Source: Dudresnaya verticillata
Taxonomy: Eukaryota
Assembly: GCA_977862235.1 (NCBI GenBank)
Contig: OZ374558.1
Location: 3,472,001-3,536,000 of the forward strand
Direction: 5' to 3'
DNA length: 64,000 nucleotides
Part shown: positions 61,370 to 64,000 of the stretch, piece after piece
Numbering within the stretch: the first letter of the stretch is position 1
How the letters are laid out: the number at the start of each line of letters is the position of its first letter
Notes under the pieces: generated by a model
What the model was told of the DNA's origin: nothing
The model's database searches: none
Seen by the model: only the letters and a program-made list of their open reading frames with translations
Program-made: the position numbers and the translations under genes

Positions 61370-62560
61370 CTACGTTATACGAGGATATGTACCAGCTACT
61401 GCTGTACAGGATTTTGGGTTTACTAGAACATCAACCCGGAAGGACGGTTGGTGTTGAACCTCCATGACATGCTGACGGCTCTAGAGGTAACCCCAGAGCG
61501 GTTGTTGAAGATTGTAGAGTTTCTTTCGAAGCTCCAGAATGAAAAGCGTCTGTTTGCGCTAGTATTTGAAGACCCCGGTGGGGATGTGATACCGGACGTG
61601 ATGGTAAACTTTTATTGGTTGTTACAGGTGGTCCCACTTGGGCGACTTAAAGGCCCATGGTGCAACGGGAAGTGGAGCTGCCTGTGCGTGGAGGGTGCGG
61701 CGATGGGGCACGCGTGCTCGACGATGGTGTTGATGAACTTTGTATGGATGGGGAATAAGAAGGTGCTGTCCAAATACCGGTACCAGGAGTTTCGGAAGGC
61801 GGCGATCGAGGTTACGCGGCCGACGACACTGAAGGACCCGCACCCCAAGCAGTACGTGTACGGAGAGCGGGTGCTGTAAATTTTGTTTGACTCGGACGGA
61901 ATGGCGGGGGGCTGGTTCAACATGACAGAGCTTTTCGGGGAGCGCGAGACGAACCTGATGACGGCGCTGGCGTCGCCGAACATAGTAGTGAACAGGCTCA
62001 AGTACTTGTTTGATGACGACGTGCAGTTTACCGAGGCAATGGTGTATAAGATGCTGGCGCAGATGCTAGTGGACCTGAATGCGGGACGGAAGGAAGAGTG
62101 CCAGAGCGCGATGGGACTGGCGGTGTTGTTCGACCGGTGCTGGGGGCAGATGACGGGGAAGATGAGCAAGGAGATTGCTCGCGTGCAGGTGCACGATGCT
62201 CACCACCAGAGGGTGATTGCGGATTTCCGCAAGGCGTGGGACTTTTGGGACTCGTAGGAGGCGCGGAAGCAGGATGGGGCACTGGACTTTGACTCGTTCT
62301 AACACGGGTTTCTCACGCCGTAGTTTAGGTGTAAACAGTACACGGACACCAAGCAGGCGCTGGCCGGGATAGACATGGACAAGGATGGGGGTGATGGACT
62401 GGCAGGAGTTTCTTGTGTACGTCAAGTGGGCTCTTGCGCATTACCCCGAGACGAGCAACGCGGACACGGCGAGTGAGATCGCGATGCTGAAGGGATTGAT
62501 CCCGCGGATGAGGAACGTTAAGGTGACTCATTCGGAGATACATAGCGGGCCTAAGCGCGG
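61370..62560 (+). pseudogene. EF-hand/TIM-like pseudogene, copy 3
   Basis: EGAAMGHACSTMVLMN...PHPKQYVYGERVL, DMDKDG / DWQEF. Multiple stops. Confidence 0.6.
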
Positions 62561-62659
62561 CAACCAGCACCGGACGAAGGGGTCGGCGAAGGTACAAGGG
62601 GCGGAGATGGAGATGCAGCCGTGTAGTGTGTTATGGTAATGGTACTGTACGACCAGAGT

Positions 62660-63125
62660 AGTGAATTTACATGAAGAAGACGGGGACCGTGTCTAGAGTC
62701 GTTCGGGCAACCCAGGAGAGCTTAGGGGAGCGGGAAGATGAGAGCCGGCGTAGGCGCAGTACCAACATGCTCCGTAGGTCGGACCATCTGTCGGCGGGCC
62801 GGACGATGCGTAACAGGGCACGCAGCTTCGATAAGCGACGCCGCGGCATGGACTCGGACCGTTGCCCGATGACAGTGCGGACGTAGCAAGATTCAGCGTC
62901 CAAGGTGTGTTGTAGCGCGAGGGCGTTGAGCGGAGAGATGGCGAGGGCATACACGTAGACGGGTCGCAAGAACATGCGAAAAATCGACCTGGCGGCGGCT
63001 ACTTGAGGTTGCCCAGGAGCCTCTTCGCCTTCCGGGTACGAGCGACAGTCGAGGCGGAGCCAATTCCCGTGGTCGTGAGTTCAGCTCCGAGGTAGATCGC
63101 GGAATCCGTTACAATAAGTCCTCTC
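62660..63125 (-). mobile_element. 3' fragment of a LINE-type reverse transcriptase
   Basis: IYLGAELT...RTRKAKRLL...MFLRPVYVYAL resembles the post-RT YLG and RPxLxY motifs of LINE ORF2. Confidence 0.5.
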
Positions 63126-63441
63126 CGTTAAGCTGCAGCCTTGCAGACGTAGGGCGGCGCCCATGGCGAGTCGGTAGAAGGATGTGTTCGGCTTCGGGAA
63201 TGCAGCTGAATGGGACTGCCAGAAGAGCAGTGGCGCAAAAACATGATTGGCCGCGGGCCAATGAAATCAAATGAAATTATTTGGAGTTCAAAGATGGAAC
63301 AAACCATTAGGCTTACAGCCCAATCATCCAATCATCCAATAAGGCGTCACCAGCAGTGCGAGATGCATTGCTGTGCGGCCATTCTCTGTAATGCAGATAT
63401 GATCGGATGGCGCGTGGAGTTGACGTTGAGCTGAGAGATAA

Positions 63442-63928
63442 AGAGATGGGGACCTTTATGGTAGGGTTCGAAGGGCGCTATTGAGAGCGAGCTCTGTCAT
63501 GCTGCTAGAGCGATGTACATACATATTCTCGTGTGCAGTATACCACGGGCGAGTCATCGAAGCCGTGCAGAAGGCCCGCCCGCCGCTGCTCTTCAAGTCG
63601 TATGCATAGTGGATGGAGCACGGCGTCAATTCGCAAGGGGACAATCTGCGTACATATTCAGCAGGAGAAGCCACTCGGGTGGTCGCCAGCGCAGGGGTCC
63701 GTGAGGCATCGCGCTTTCGGCTGGTCGCGGCACGCGTTTTCCGCGCCGCGGCGTTCGGTGAAAGTTGCCAGCCGGGTGAAGGCACGCTGTCAAGTGCACG
63801 AGCAGCTACTAGTGTGTCGGGTGCGGGTCTGCCCCCCACAGCAAAATATACTGGGACTAGGAGGGAAAAGAAACAAACGATAGGGGGGTGCCATCCATCT
63901 TCTCTGTGGCGGTGGTCGTGGGTGCTGG
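63442..63928 (-). mobile_element. 39-bp CRE tail adjoining a diverged copy of the 15375-15688 repeat
   Basis: 63442-63480 is the reverse complement of tagcgcccttcgaaccctaccataaaggtccccatctct. 63610-63928 is homologous to 15375-15688, 35416-35729 and 53218-53532. Confidence 0.6.
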
Positions 63929-64000
63929 GTTTTAGGGGTTTAATTACCCCTCCTTGGGGGATTTGGTGGGGGGGGGGGATTTTGTGCACGATTTTTTACT

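Larger units (their letters stand above)
48248..62560. repeat. Segmental duplication unit 3 (rearranged, no type A gene)
   Basis: 48248-59087 parallels 11267-22687; 60440-62540 parallels 8860-10650. Confidence 0.85.

Noticed and set aside
63926..64000. Telomere-like ttttagggg and G-runs
   Set aside because: Single occurrence with no tandem array; low-complexity or low-quality sequence.

Overview
Intron-poor eukaryotic DNA (a compact algal-type genome, possibly a red alga; this is inference). The window is built from three related 15-20 kb segmental units. Its main content is a minus-strand head-to-tail array of intronless genes encoding about 7 Sel1-like repeats + ROC GTPase + COR + Cys cluster + TIR. 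There are five near-complete copies (2 intact, 3 disrupted) and three decayed fragments, with two distinct C-terminal (COR/TIR) types. The Sel1 helix-A codons are hypervariable, almost entirely by amino-acid-changing substitutions, while ROC-COR-TIR of copies 2 and 4 is virtually identical. This pattern suggests a rapidly diversifying intracellular immune-receptor family. Between the genes lie P450, EF-hand and WD40 pseudogenes, hAT remnants, a young Ty1/Copia element, two solo LTRs and many CRE-like non-LTR fragments with (TC)n tails. A secreted Cys-rich gene missed by the ORF track runs off the left edge. All comparisons were made by eye, and boundaries of decayed features are approximate.
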